The notes under the pieces were generated by a model. It was given only the letters and a program-made list of their open reading frames with translations. It was not told where the DNA came from and made no database searches. Shown here in pieces: positions 37,398 through 45,941 of a stretch of DNA of 64,000 bases; the first letter of the stretch is position 1, and every line of letters starts with the position of its first letter. Position numbers and translations under genes: made by a program. The stretch covers positions 13,608 to 77,607 of the IMG/VR virus record IMGVR_UViG_3300034523_000174. The stretch is one strand, 5' to 3'. Source of the DNA: a virus.

Positions 37398-38126
37398 ATG
37401 GAAAAGTTACTGCAAAACGTACTCGCCACTGGCGCCGCGATCAGCAAGGCCTACGCGAGCCCGGCACCGGAATCTCAGGCGCCAAACCTGGCGCTGTCGG
37501 GCCTCTCCGCTGCCATGCTCGACGCGCTCAATCCGGACAATGCGCCCGCTGCGCTGTTCACTGACGAAATGCGCCAAGAAGCGGTAAGCATCGTCCAGGA
37601 GTGGGCTGAGTCGGAGCTGGAAACCGGCGAAGGCTATGGTGATCGTCTTTACGCACTGATCGTTGGCAGCGCCACCGATGGCGATGAAGACATGAGCGAT
37701 GACGAAGCGGAATACGCCGCCTCCTTGGCTGAGCTGGTGGGCGACTACCTGGAAGGCAAGGGCATCGACGCCGGCGACGTGGAATCGCTGCTGAGCGATG
37801 ATCCGTCGTTTGACAATGACGTGGCCGCACGCATTCACGATGCGCTGCTGGACAAGCTCCCACAGGGCGAGGACGCCATGCTCGATGACGCTGACAAGTT
37901 CGTCAGCGGTGACGACGACGAAATGCTCGATGCGGTCTACAAAAAGGTCGTGGCTATTCGTGGCGGCAAGAAGGTTCGCATCAAGAAGCGCATCAGTGGC
38001 CGCGTGCGGCTGACAGCAGCGCAGAAAGGTGCGGTGCGCAAAATGCAGCGCAAAGCCTTCTCGGGTGCGGCGAAAATGAAGCGCGCCAAGTCCATGCGCT
38101 TGCGCCACCGCCTGCTCGGTAAGTAA
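37398..38126 (+). CDS. Prohead core/scaffold-like protein (acidic body, very basic C-terminus)
   Basis: Three MLD motifs; K/R-rich tail after EMLDA. Confidence 0.6.
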   Translation: MEKLLQNVLATGAAISKAYASPAPESQAPNLALSGLSAAMLDALNPDNAPAALFTDEMRQEAVSIVQEWAESELETGEGYGDRLYALIVGSATDGDEDMSDDEAEYAASLAELVGDYLEGKGIDAGDVESLLSDDPSFDNDVAARIHDALLDKLPQGEDAMLDDADKFVSGDDDEMLDAVYKKVVAIRGGKKVRIKKRISGRVRLTAAQKGAVRKMQRKAFSGAAKMKRAKSMRLRHRLLGK

Positions 38127-38129
38127 AAC

Positions 38130-39311
38130 ATGGCTGACTTTAGCGTAGACAGCCTGGGTAAAACCGTCTCTTCCAGCATCAAGGGTGTTACCGGGACGGT
38201 GGCCGGGAGTACGTCGAACAAGCTGCTAGGGTCAGCCACCAAATTCCTGGGGAACGGCGCCGCTGGCGCCGCTTCCGGCATCCTTACGGCCGGGGTGTCA
38301 CAGATTGACGGCCTGGTGGGCGGTACCGCCAACCGTAAGGCGATAGAGGGCGCAGTAAGCACCGTCACCGGCACGGTGTCGGATCTGTGGTCAGGCAAAA
38401 CGACGATTGGCCAGGTATACGACGACGCCTCAAGCAAAGTCATGGGCTTGGTCGATGGCGTCAAGTCGGGCGACCTTGAGGGGACTGTCGGCAACATTAT
38501 CGGCGGTACCAGCTTGGCCATACCGGGCTTAACGTCGCTCAGCTCTGACCTGGGTGGCGACTGGGGCAGTCTTTCGCCCCTTTTCTTGGCCCGTATATTC
38601 GTGTGTGACGCCAAGGGCGTGGCTGACATTCAGGAGTTTGCTGGGGTGTATGGGGCGCTCAAAGAGGGCTCGCTTGAAATCCAGCAAAACTGGCAATCCC
38701 CGTTTGAGAACACCGGCCCGGAAACTAAGGCGCCAGCGCTGGCCGGCATGCTGCAATCGGGTTCGCTGGTGCCGGTCCTTAATGCGCTGCAAGCCATTTC
38801 ACCGTTCAAAGAAGGTGCGATATCCGACACGCTCAATGCCGGCTCTGACAAGCTCAAGAGCATCATGCGCGACCTTGAGGGGCGCACCGGGATAACCAAG
38901 CTCAACTCCCGCCAAGTTTTCTCGGGCATGCCACCGGTAAAGATCAACCTCACGCTGCACTTTCGGGCGATGAGCGATCCGTTGAAAGAGGTGGAGGCGC
39001 CGTTAACGCGATTGCTTGAGTGGATTTTCCCGCAAGAGCTGGCGGCCGACGGGATCCTTTCGGAGGTACTGCAAACCACTCAGGACGTGGATTCATTCAT
39101 CAAGGCGCTGTTTCCGTCCAAGGCACCCAAACTACTGGGATTCACCTACGCGGGGCGGACCTTCTCCCCCATGGTGATCGAGAGCGTCAATTTTCCCTTG
39201 GATTCACCGAAGAATTCACAGGGCTATTACATCGACCTGCCAGTACAGGTGTCCATGGCCACGCTTACCGCGCTCGACCGGCCGGATATCAAGCGTTTCT
39301 TTGGTCGATAA
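38130..39311 (+). CDS. Baseplate tail-tube cap-like protein (PmgG/gp48-like)
   Basis: NWQSPFE...NSRQVFSGMPP...EVEAP; precedes the tube gene. Confidence 0.55.
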   Translation: MADFSVDSLGKTVSSSIKGVTGTVAGSTSNKLLGSATKFLGNGAAGAASGILTAGVSQIDGLVGGTANRKAIEGAVSTVTGTVSDLWSGKTTIGQVYDDASSKVMGLVDGVKSGDLEGTVGNIIGGTSLAIPGLTSLSSDLGGDWGSLSPLFLARIFVCDAKGVADIQEFAGVYGALKEGSLEIQQNWQSPFENTGPETKAPALAGMLQSGSLVPVLNALQAISPFKEGAISDTLNAGSDKLKSIMRDLEGRTGITKLNSRQVFSGMPPVKINLTLHFRAMSDPLKEVEAPLTRLLEWIFPQELAADGILSEVLQTTQDVDSFIKALFPSKAPKLLGFTYAGRTFSPMVIESVNFPLDSPKNSQGYYIDLPVQVSMATLTALDRPDIKRFFGR

Positions 39312-39326
39312 CAGGCCGCAAACCCT

Positions 39327-39367
39327 GCAAACCCCGCCCCGAAGCGGGGTTTTTTACGTGTGACGAT
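39327..39367 (+). promoter_or_regulatory. Late promoter overlapping a terminator hairpin
   Basis: GCAAACCCCGC-cccgaa-GCGGGGTTTTTT, then GACGAT at +35. Confidence 0.7.
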
Positions 39368-39401
39368 TGCCCGGAGTGTTCCATTCTCCAGAGGGTGATT
39401 T

Positions 39402-39875
39402 ATGACCGTTTCCAGTTTGGCGGTATTGAGCCGCACGTTTCAAAACACCAACGATATCGGGGCCAAGGCTGTCCAGGCGGACGCCACCATGGTGATCGAA
39501 GGTTTCGAAGACATGATGTTGCTGTGCAAGCAATTCCCATGGGGCGTGGCGACCTCGGGCGGGGTGGTTGAATACTTCGGCCCGCTGGGTCAGAAGATGG
39601 GTCAGCCGGGGCAAGTCAAGACCATGCAGGAAGGCCCGATTCAGATTTACGAAACCCGCAAAAACCACGCGGGCGAGTTCCTGAAAAACCTGATCGCCGC
39701 CGGTGGCGAATTCAACTGCACCGTCTACGCCGGCCGCCCGGATGATTACACCAAAAAAGAAGACTACAAAAAGTGCATGTTGGTGATGGACACCCCAGAT
39801 CGTGACTGGGAGAACGACATGCAGACGTTCGTGCTCGCCGGCACCATGACCTTCCACTGGTTCGGCAACCAGTAA
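39402..39875 (+). CDS. Tail tube protein (BplB-like)
   Basis: 157 aa beta-rich protein with its own late promoter. Confidence 0.6.
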   Translation: MTVSSLAVLSRTFQNTNDIGAKAVQADATMVIEGFEDMMLLCKQFPWGVATSGGVVEYFGPLGQKMGQPGQVKTMQEGPIQIYETRKNHAGEFLKNLIAAGGEFNCTVYAGRPDDYTKKEDYKKCMLVMDTPDRDWENDMQTFVLAGTMTFHWFGNQ

Positions 39876-39877
39876 TC

Positions 39878-40282
39878 ATGAAAATCAGCCAATTAGTTGA
39901 CCAGTACCTTGCTGAGCTACCGATTGGCTGTGTGCTGACGGAAGAGCAAATAGCCCGCCATCTGCGCGATGCAGTGCGCCAGTATTGCGGGTATGCCCGT
40001 CTGACCAGCGCTCAGTCACTAGACACTGTGCACAGCGACCTCTATACGCCCGAAGACGTGCCGGCGCCGGTAGACGTTGATCTGACGCACAGTGAGCTGG
40101 CGATCATCCGCCCCTTATGGCTGCTCTACATCGAGCACGAAAACGCCATGGCCCTGGAAGCCTCCAGAAGCCAGGGCGCGGATCCTTATGGCCGGTCTAC
40201 GCCCGAGGTCAAGCAATCAATCCTCGACTATGAGCGCAGCCTTCCACAACTGACATTTGTGTTTGAAGTGAGGTCGATTTAA
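39878..40282 (+). CDS. Head-tail adaptor-like protein (PmgC-like)
   Basis: AVRQYCGY...IIRPLW.LY.E.ENA; synteny pmgC-tub-pmgB. Confidence 0.5.
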   Translation: MKISQLVDQYLAELPIGCVLTEEQIARHLRDAVRQYCGYARLTSAQSLDTVHSDLYTPEDVPAPVDVDLTHSELAIIRPLWLLYIEHENAMALEASRSQGADPYGRSTPEVKQSILDYERSLPQLTFVFEVRSI

Positions 40283-40995
40283 TGGCCAACATCTTCGAGC
40301 GGCTGGCCTATCAAGGCGTGGAAAAGGCGGCGGGCAGCGTCCAAAAAGGGCTGCCTAACGCAGTCCTAAAATACACCAGCGCCGCCCGCAACCTGCTCGG
40401 CGGCAATTTGAGTGGCGCAGCCAACGGGGTTCTGGATAACGTCTTTGGTCGTACCAGCATGTTTTCCGCCGGCGGCAACGTCATTTTGGCGGGGCAGTCC
40501 TGGAACAGCATTCTGGAGAGTTTCGAAGAGGCGTCGAGCGTTCTTCGTGAGCGCACGAACCTGTGGCATGTCGCTGTCGATCCGGTGGGCAAAATCAGCG
40601 CGCCGCGCATCAACCTGCTTTCCACCGAAGTCTCCTATAACAGCGTCCAGCTGGGCTACGAGCCGGTAAAGATCGGCTCAGGGTTTACGCAAGCCCCCAC
40701 TGGCGCCGATCCGGTAGAGCTGCGAATCGTCTGCTACGACGTGGATGGCGAGATAAAAGCGTGGTTCGACCAGCTTAAGGCTACCGCCACGCCTCGGGAT
40801 GGCTCCTTTGCCGTGCCATCGGACTACGCCAACACCATCACCGTCACCCACGGCTCAATCGAAGAGAGCCGCGGCTACTCCGCAAAGTGGGTAATGGTCC
40901 CCGTGTCCTGCGAGGTCAGCCTGTCACGCAGCACTGACGAGTTCACCGCGCTCAATCTCACATTCACGCAGCACGATTCCTTTGGTGCCCTATGA
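40282..40995 (+). CDS. Tail tube initiator-like protein (Tub-like)
   Basis: Tube-like fold features; synteny. Confidence 0.5.
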   Translation: MANIFERLAYQGVEKAAGSVQKGLPNAVLKYTSAARNLLGGNLSGAANGVLDNVFGRTSMFSAGGNVILAGQSWNSILESFEEASSVLRERTNLWHVAVDPVGKISAPRINLLSTEVSYNSVQLGYEPVKIGSGFTQAPTGADPVELRIVCYDVDGEIKAWFDQLKATATPRDGSFAVPSDYANTITVTHGSIEESRGYSAKWVMVPVSCEVSLSRSTDEFTALNLTFTQHDSFGAL

Positions 40996-41762
40996 AGTAC
41001 ATCAACCCGATCAACACTCGCCGTATTTCCGTGGAAATGAGCGAACTGCTCATTGAGGACGTGGAAAAGCTGTGTGAGATACCCGCGATTTATGAGCAGC
41101 GCACAGTGAGCGAGCTGCTACGTCGAATCTGCAAGCCGATAGATCGCCCTGGTGCGGTAGCGGATCCGCGCTTTTGGTCAGTTAACGAGCGCATTTTTGT
41201 GGTGGCCAGCTACATGGCTGCTACCCGCGATGATGGCCCGGACTTCCCTGTGGGCGAGAAAGGTAGCGGAGCCCACTTTAGCGACTACCTGCTGGCCAAC
41301 ACGGACTATGCCAGTGATATCCCGTTCAGCTTTGAAGGTGAGGCGCTGCTATTCAGTCCGTTGCTGGGCTACCAGGCTGAAATTATCGAGGCGCTGATTG
41401 CTGGCGGCACCTACAAGCCCACTGATTTCAGTTGGTGGTGTGGCGCCATGGCTGCGTGTGTACGCGGGGCAAACGATGATCCGTTGGAGTACACCGACGA
41501 CGCCAGCTATGAAACGGCCTTGGTGGGGCGTATCGCGGCTATTCGCCAAATGCCAGAGGCCAAGTTTGTCGGGCTATTCCATGCCTATCTGGACGCCACT
41601 CAGATGGGTGCGCACCTGGTGCATGCGATTACCAGTTCCCATGGCGTAATTGCCGCCCCTGTCTCCGAGCCGAAAGAAGGAGGGCCAGAGTTAGCACCTG
41701 CCCGATTTCCTGCCCATACCTGTATCAGCTTCGGGGCGCGTCGAGCTATGGGATTCGTATAA
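40992..41762 (+). CDS. Tail assembly chaperone (PmgB-like)
   Basis: DPRFWSVNER motif; ends ...PARF...; overlaps the next frame. Confidence 0.55.
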   Translation: MKYINPINTRRISVEMSELLIEDVEKLCEIPAIYEQRTVSELLRRICKPIDRPGAVADPRFWSVNERIFVVASYMAATRDDGPDFPVGEKGSGAHFSDYLLANTDYASDIPFSFEGEALLFSPLLGYQAEIIEALIAGGTYKPTDFSWWCGAMAACVRGANDDPLEYTDDASYETALVGRIAAIRQMPEAKFVGLFHAYLDATQMGAHLVHAITSSHGVIAAPVSEPKEGGPELAPARFPAHTCISFGARRAMGFV

Positions 41763-41988
41763 CGCGGTACGTGCAGAGCTCGCGCTGTACTTCGGCCAAG
41801 ACCTGGTGCAGTGCGGAAAGCTGACCGATACCCGCGTGCGAAAGCTGTTCGACAGTAAGCCTTTCAGCAACTGGAAGACTGGCCGCGAGAACGAGAACAA
41901 AGTCGTCAAGGCTGAGCTTGAGCGCCTGGACGCCATCATCAAGTCACTGGGCAACGTGGCGCAGATCATCGCCAAAAGAGGCGTCTGA
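41707..41988 (+). CDS. Downstream chaperone frame, probably reached by frameshift
   Basis: Open 41695-41988 with no ATG; reads ...WDSYNAVRAELALYFGQD...FDSKPFSNW. Confidence 0.5.
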   Translation, partial: FLPIPVSASGRVELWDSYNAVRAELALYFGQDLVQCGKLTDTRVRKLFDSKPFSNWKTGRENENKVVKAELERLDAIIKSLGNVAQIIAKRGV

Positions 41989-41993
41989 AACGC

Positions 41994-42034
41994 GCAAACC
42001 AGCCACGGAAGGCTGGCACAAAGCCATAGACAAT
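41994..42034 (+). promoter_or_regulatory. Putative late promoter of the lysis cassette
   Basis: GCAAACC at 41994, CCAGCC-N6-GGCTGG hairpin, GACAAT at 42029. Confidence 0.7.
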
Positions 42035-42069
42035 ATCGGTAAATCACCATGCGTAGATGGGACAACGAT

Positions 42070-42375
42070 ATGGCCGCTGACGTGCAGCGCTTTATGGATA
42101 CACCGCTGGCCAAGCTGACCCTTGGCATCGCCCAAGCGGCCGGGGCAGCCCTGCTTATTGGCCTTGCGAGCAGCATCACCACCAAACTCGACAACATCCA
42201 GAACACCGTCAATCAGGGCACCCAAAACATGGCCCTGGTGCAGCGTGATGTTCGATTGCTGGAGACGACGACCACCGAACTGCGCACCGAGCAAGCACAG
42301 GGTGAAAAGCGCACCGCGCGCCTGGAATTCAAGGTGGAACAACTGGAAAAGGAGCGCGCCAATGACCGCAAGTAA
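42070..42375 (+). CDS. Single-TM coiled-coil lysis protein (holin/antiholin-like)
   Basis: N-terminal TM helix and coiled coil; alternative start at 42049. Confidence 0.55.
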   Translation: MAADVQRFMDTPLAKLTLGIAQAAGAALLIGLASSITTKLDNIQNTVNQGTQNMALVQRDVRLLETTTTELRTEQAQGEKRTARLEFKVEQLEKERANDRK

Positions 42376-42619
42376 GGCCAGGAAGCCGAAAGCACCCAAG
42401 ACCTGGCGCCAGAAGCTCCAACCCTATAACACCGGGTTTATCGCCCTCGGCCTGTTCACTGACGCACTGGTGACGATCCTCACCGTGTACGGAGAAACCC
42501 CACCATTTGACCCCGTTATCTACGGGATGCTTTCCGCCACAGTGAAGGCCGCCAACGTGTCGATTCACTATGTAATCAAGAGCATCAGGGAAGAGGACAA
42601 CACCGATGTTGCAGCCTAA
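42362..42619 (+). CDS. Putative holin
   Basis: Basic N-terminus and two hydrophobic segments; directly before the endolysin. Confidence 0.55.
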   Translation: MTASKARKPKAPKTWRQKLQPYNTGFIALGLFTDALVTILTVYGETPPFDPVIYGMLSATVKAANVSIHYVIKSIREEDNTDVAA

Positions 42620-43049
42620 CCAAACGCTGGCTTCCGAGGCAGATATTGCCGTGTTGGCCAGAACACTATGGGGCGAGGCCCGAGGCGAAAGCTCTGCCGG
42701 TATGGAAGCCGTGGGCTGGACCATCCGCAACCGGGTATTCGATGGGCGAAAAAACTCTTGGTGGGGTGAAGGCTATGCCGGCGTCTGCCAAAAACCGTGG
42801 CAGTTCAGCTGCTGGAACGCCAACGATCCCAACTCGCCATACCTCAAGGGCGCCAAGTCGATCCCGGCGGGCGAGTACAAAAAGGCGCTGGCGGCTGCTA
42901 TGGCTGTGGTGAACGGTTCGGTACCGGATCCCACCAACGGCGCGACCCATTACTACGCGACCACCATGCCCAAGCCACCGGCCTGGGTCAAAGGAGCCAA
43001 GCAAACACTGAAGCTTGGCGGACACATCTTTTTCAAGGACGTACCATGA
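42606..43049 (+). CDS. Endolysin, cell wall hydrolase (Hydrolase_2/SleB family)
   Basis: LARTLWGEARGE...NRV...QFSCWN...DPTNGATHYY...GGHIFF. Confidence 0.9.
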   Translation: MLQPNQTLASEADIAVLARTLWGEARGESSAGMEAVGWTIRNRVFDGRKNSWWGEGYAGVCQKPWQFSCWNANDPNSPYLKGAKSIPAGEYKKALAAAMAVVNGSVPDPTNGATHYYATTMPKPPAWVKGAKQTLKLGGHIFFKDVP

Positions 43050-43483
43050 AACGATTGATTATTGCCTGTCTGTTCCTGTCAGTTTTTACGGCTTTCACGG
43101 CCTGTTCAGGCGTCAAAACGGTGGTATCCACGGTAGGTGGTGCGGTGTACAACGTCGCCGGCGATGCAGTGCATGCCTACTGCTCTCTTTCCGAAGCGCA
43201 ACGCGAAGTCGCGCAACTGGTGGTCGCGGGTAAGACGTACAACTCAGGGGTGTGTAACGTCGTCAATGGCGATAAATCCATTGGCACCGTGCTGGCGGCG
43301 GTTCCTCCCGACCAGGCGCCGGCCGTACTCGACGCAGCGATTCAAAATGCCGTGGATAATGGCGAACTGAGCGCCGATAAGGCGGCAAAAATCAAGGCGA
43401 TGCCAGCCGATACTAGCGCCACGAAACCGCCGGAGAAACCGGCCTGTGCGGTTCCTGCCGAGGGAGCGCGTATCTATGGCTAA
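43046..43483 (+). CDS. Lipoprotein (possible spanin-like)
   Basis: MKR, hydrophobic stretch, lipobox FTAC; follows the endolysin. Confidence 0.6.
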   Translation: MKRLIIACLFLSVFTAFTACSGVKTVVSTVGGAVYNVAGDAVHAYCSLSEAQREVAQLVVAGKTYNSGVCNVVNGDKSIGTVLAAVPPDQAPAVLDAAIQNAVDNGELSADKAAKIKAMPADTSATKPPEKPACAVPAEGARIYG

Positions 43484-43988
43484 GCCGGGATTTGACCTGA
43501 TCCCGCGCTTTCGCCCATTTCGCTCAGTGGGCGCCAACAACCTGTGGACCTTGCTGGACACCTTCCGCTACACCGCTGTAGACGGTCGGATCTATGAGGC
43601 GCCACGGGGCATGTTGACGGAGTTGGCCAGCATTCCAGTGGTGGCTGGCTGGGCTTTCGACAAAGTTGATCATCGTCTGCCAGGTGCTATGCATGATGCC
43701 CAATACCTGATCAGCACCATTACCGGCGCGAAGCGCCACGATCTGGACCGCCTGTTTGCTGAAATGTGCGGGGTTATGGGTGGCACAGAGATACAGCAGG
43801 GACTGTTGCATGCGGGCCTGGATGTCGGCGGCGGGGCAAGCTGGGACAAGTGCCAGAAGGCCGGGGTGACATGGGCGGATTTTGACGTGGCAATTCTCAC
43901 CGATAGCGAGATTGCGGATTACCGCGCCCGATTCAATATTGCCGATATTCAGCACGTAGCCGAATGCCGGCCGCAACAATCGGCGTAA
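43476..43988 (+). CDS. DUF1353-like protein
   Basis: GMLTELASIP...AMHDAQY...DRLF. Confidence 0.7.
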   Translation: MAKPGFDLIPRFRPFRSVGANNLWTLLDTFRYTAVDGRIYEAPRGMLTELASIPVVAGWAFDKVDHRLPGAMHDAQYLISTITGAKRHDLDRLFAEMCGVMGGTEIQQGLLHAGLDVGGGASWDKCQKAGVTWADFDVAILTDSEIADYRARFNIADIQHVAECRPQQSA

Positions 43989-44021
43989 TTGGGCTCGCCC
44001 ATGGGGTGATGTAACAGACAG

Positions 44022-44055
44022 GGGCAGCGCGCATATTCGCGTCTGCCCTTTTTTT
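44022..44055 (+). terminator. Intrinsic terminator between the convergent lysis and int genes
   Basis: GGGCAG-CGCG...CGCG-T-CTGCCC-TTTTTTT. Confidence 0.65.
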
Positions 44056-45277
44056 ATGCGTGCGCGCTGAGCATTTCTTTCGTCGATTTTGTCGAGGGTG
44101 CGGCACGCGACTCAATTTGACGTGGCGCTGTGCTGCGCTCCATCACGTACTTGGCCCAGCGCTCCATCAGTGGCCGGCGGCGCTCCAGCAGGTTGCCCCG
44201 GTTGTAGGCTCGCGTGGTCGCGTTGCCAACCGAATGCGACAGAGCTACCTCGCACAAGTCCGATGGGAACTTGGTTTTCTCGGCCGCCCACATGCGAAAC
44301 GTCGCCCGAAATCCATGTGGTGTGCAGCTTTCACCGTAGCGGATCAGTACACGGCGCATGGCGTTGTTCGGCATGATCGCCGCCAGGGTGCGGTTCGGGA
44401 AAATCAAATTACTCTTGCCACGGGTGTGCACGTCCTTGAGCACGGCCATGGCTGCATCGCTCAGCGGAATCTGGTGCGGCAGGCGGTTTTTCATGCGCTC
44501 GGCCGGAATGTTCCACGTTTTGGTTTCAAAATCGATTTCGTCCCAAGTAGCGCCCATGGCCTCGCCACTGCGACAAGCTGTCAATATTACGAATTGTAGG
44601 CAGCGCGCAGCACGGGTTACATCACCCTCCAATTTCTCCATAAAGGATGGGAGGCGCGAGTACGGCATGGATTCCAGGTGAGTGGTTTCCGGGATCGACC
44701 GCGACAGAATGTTTTGCAGGTGTCCACGCCAGCGCGCCGGGTTATCACCGGAACGGTTGCCCCGCGTTTTAGCGAAGTCGAGAATCAGCTCGATGCGGTT
44801 ACGCACGCGCCGGGCCGATTCTGGCAATTCACGCCAAATAGGCTCAAGGACCGACATCACCGCGTCAGTGTCGATATCGCTCACTGGCAAGTGGCCAATT
44901 TTCGGGAATACGTGGTCGCGCAGCGAGGAAAACCACTGTGCGGCGTGCTTATCTGACCAGTCGTGTTTGTAGCGCTCAATACGTGCAAGCGCTTCGTCTT
45001 CAAAGGTAATGACCTGTTTGGCTTGTTGAAGCTTTTCGGCCAGCGGATCAATGCCGTTATGGATCTGTATGCGCAATTGCAGGCACGCGGCCCGAGCATC
45101 CGCCAGCGACACAAGCGGGAACGAGCCCAGCCCCATGTCGTGGCGTTTGCCGTTGAGCTGGTATCGGAAGATCCAGGATTTTGCGCCCGTTTTGGTGACG
45201 CGCAGGGCTAAGCCATGCTTGTCCGAGTACGTCTGCGGGATCGTTATGTTTTGGATCACTTTTTGCGTGAGAGCCAT
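44054..45277 (-). CDS. int: P4-type tyrosine integrase (Arm DNA-binding domain)
   Basis: YSD..GL.LRV...KSWIFRY...GLGSFP.VSLADAR; LTACRSGE, MK, HGFR, LSH, AYNR. Confidence 0.92.
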   Translation of the reverse strand: MALTQKVIQNITIPQTYSDKHGLALRVTKTGAKSWIFRYQLNGKRHDMGLGSFPLVSLADARAACLQLRIQIHNGIDPLAEKLQQAKQVITFEDEALARIERYKHDWSDKHAAQWFSSLRDHVFPKIGHLPVSDIDTDAVMSVLEPIWRELPESARRVRNRIELILDFAKTRGNRSGDNPARWRGHLQNILSRSIPETTHLESMPYSRLPSFMEKLEGDVTRAARCLQFVILTACRSGEAMGATWDEIDFETKTWNIPAERMKNRLPHQIPLSDAAMAVLKDVHTRGKSNLIFPNRTLAAIMPNNAMRRVLIRYGESCTPHGFRATFRMWAAEKTKFPSDLCEVALSHSVGNATTRAYNRGNLLERRRPLMERWAKYVMERSTAPRQIESRAAPSTKSTKEMLSAHA

Positions 45278-45592
45278 GTGAGTACCTTTTATGCGCGATT
45301 TGTTGGCTAAAGCGTTCCGATATCCATTTCGTGAGTGAAATTAGCGTTGGTGCGAATAGACAGATTTTTAATTTAGTGGGTTCAGAGACAGCCGTTCTCT
45401 CAGATAGTGCTGAAAGTACGGGGGATATGGTATCCCCGTTCCGCCGCCGGTAAACCCCAACAACGAAAGGCTTTTGACATAAATCGCAAGGCGTGATCCC
45501 ACACTTGCCCCCACATCAAACCGTAGAAGGTTTGCCGGTGGGGGCTGGGGCTTTGTAGAGGGGGGGTGTAACGTTTCCGACGAGTGGTCAGA

Positions 45593-45937
45593 TCAGAAGG
45601 GCGATTTTTCGCTGTTTTTACTGCGTAAATACGTTAGGTAGGCGTCTGCACTGCCAAATATTTCAATCATGCGTTCGGCATGGCGCTGTTCTGAGGTCAT
45701 TCGTCGGTCGGCGCGCTCGATTTGCAACTGAGTTTGATGACTTCCCAAGCGCTCAATCCCTCGCCCGACTTCGACCGGAAAAAGGTAGCCCACGGACACG
45801 CTCAAAACCATGATCACCAACCCAATGCCGACCCGTACACGCTTGGCAATTCGCGGGATTGGGTGGAGTGCCGGGTGCATGGCGCGGTATACGAACATCA
45901 GCGCCAGACATAGGACTGCTGTGGCAATTGACAGCAT
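45593..45937 (-). CDS. Two-TM membrane protein
   Basis: Two hydrophobic helices. Confidence 0.6.
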   Translation of the reverse strand: MLSIATAVLCLALMFVYRAMHPALHPIPRIAKRVRVGIGLVIMVLSVSVGYLFPVEVGRGIERLGSHQTQLQIERADRRMTSEQRHAERMIEIFGSADAYLTYLRSKNSEKSPF

Positions 45938-45941
45938 GCGT

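Noticed and set aside
45280-45592. tRNA gene or tRNA-derived att core
   Set aside because: No GTTCGA T-loop or cloverleaf recognised by eye; tRNAscan was not run.
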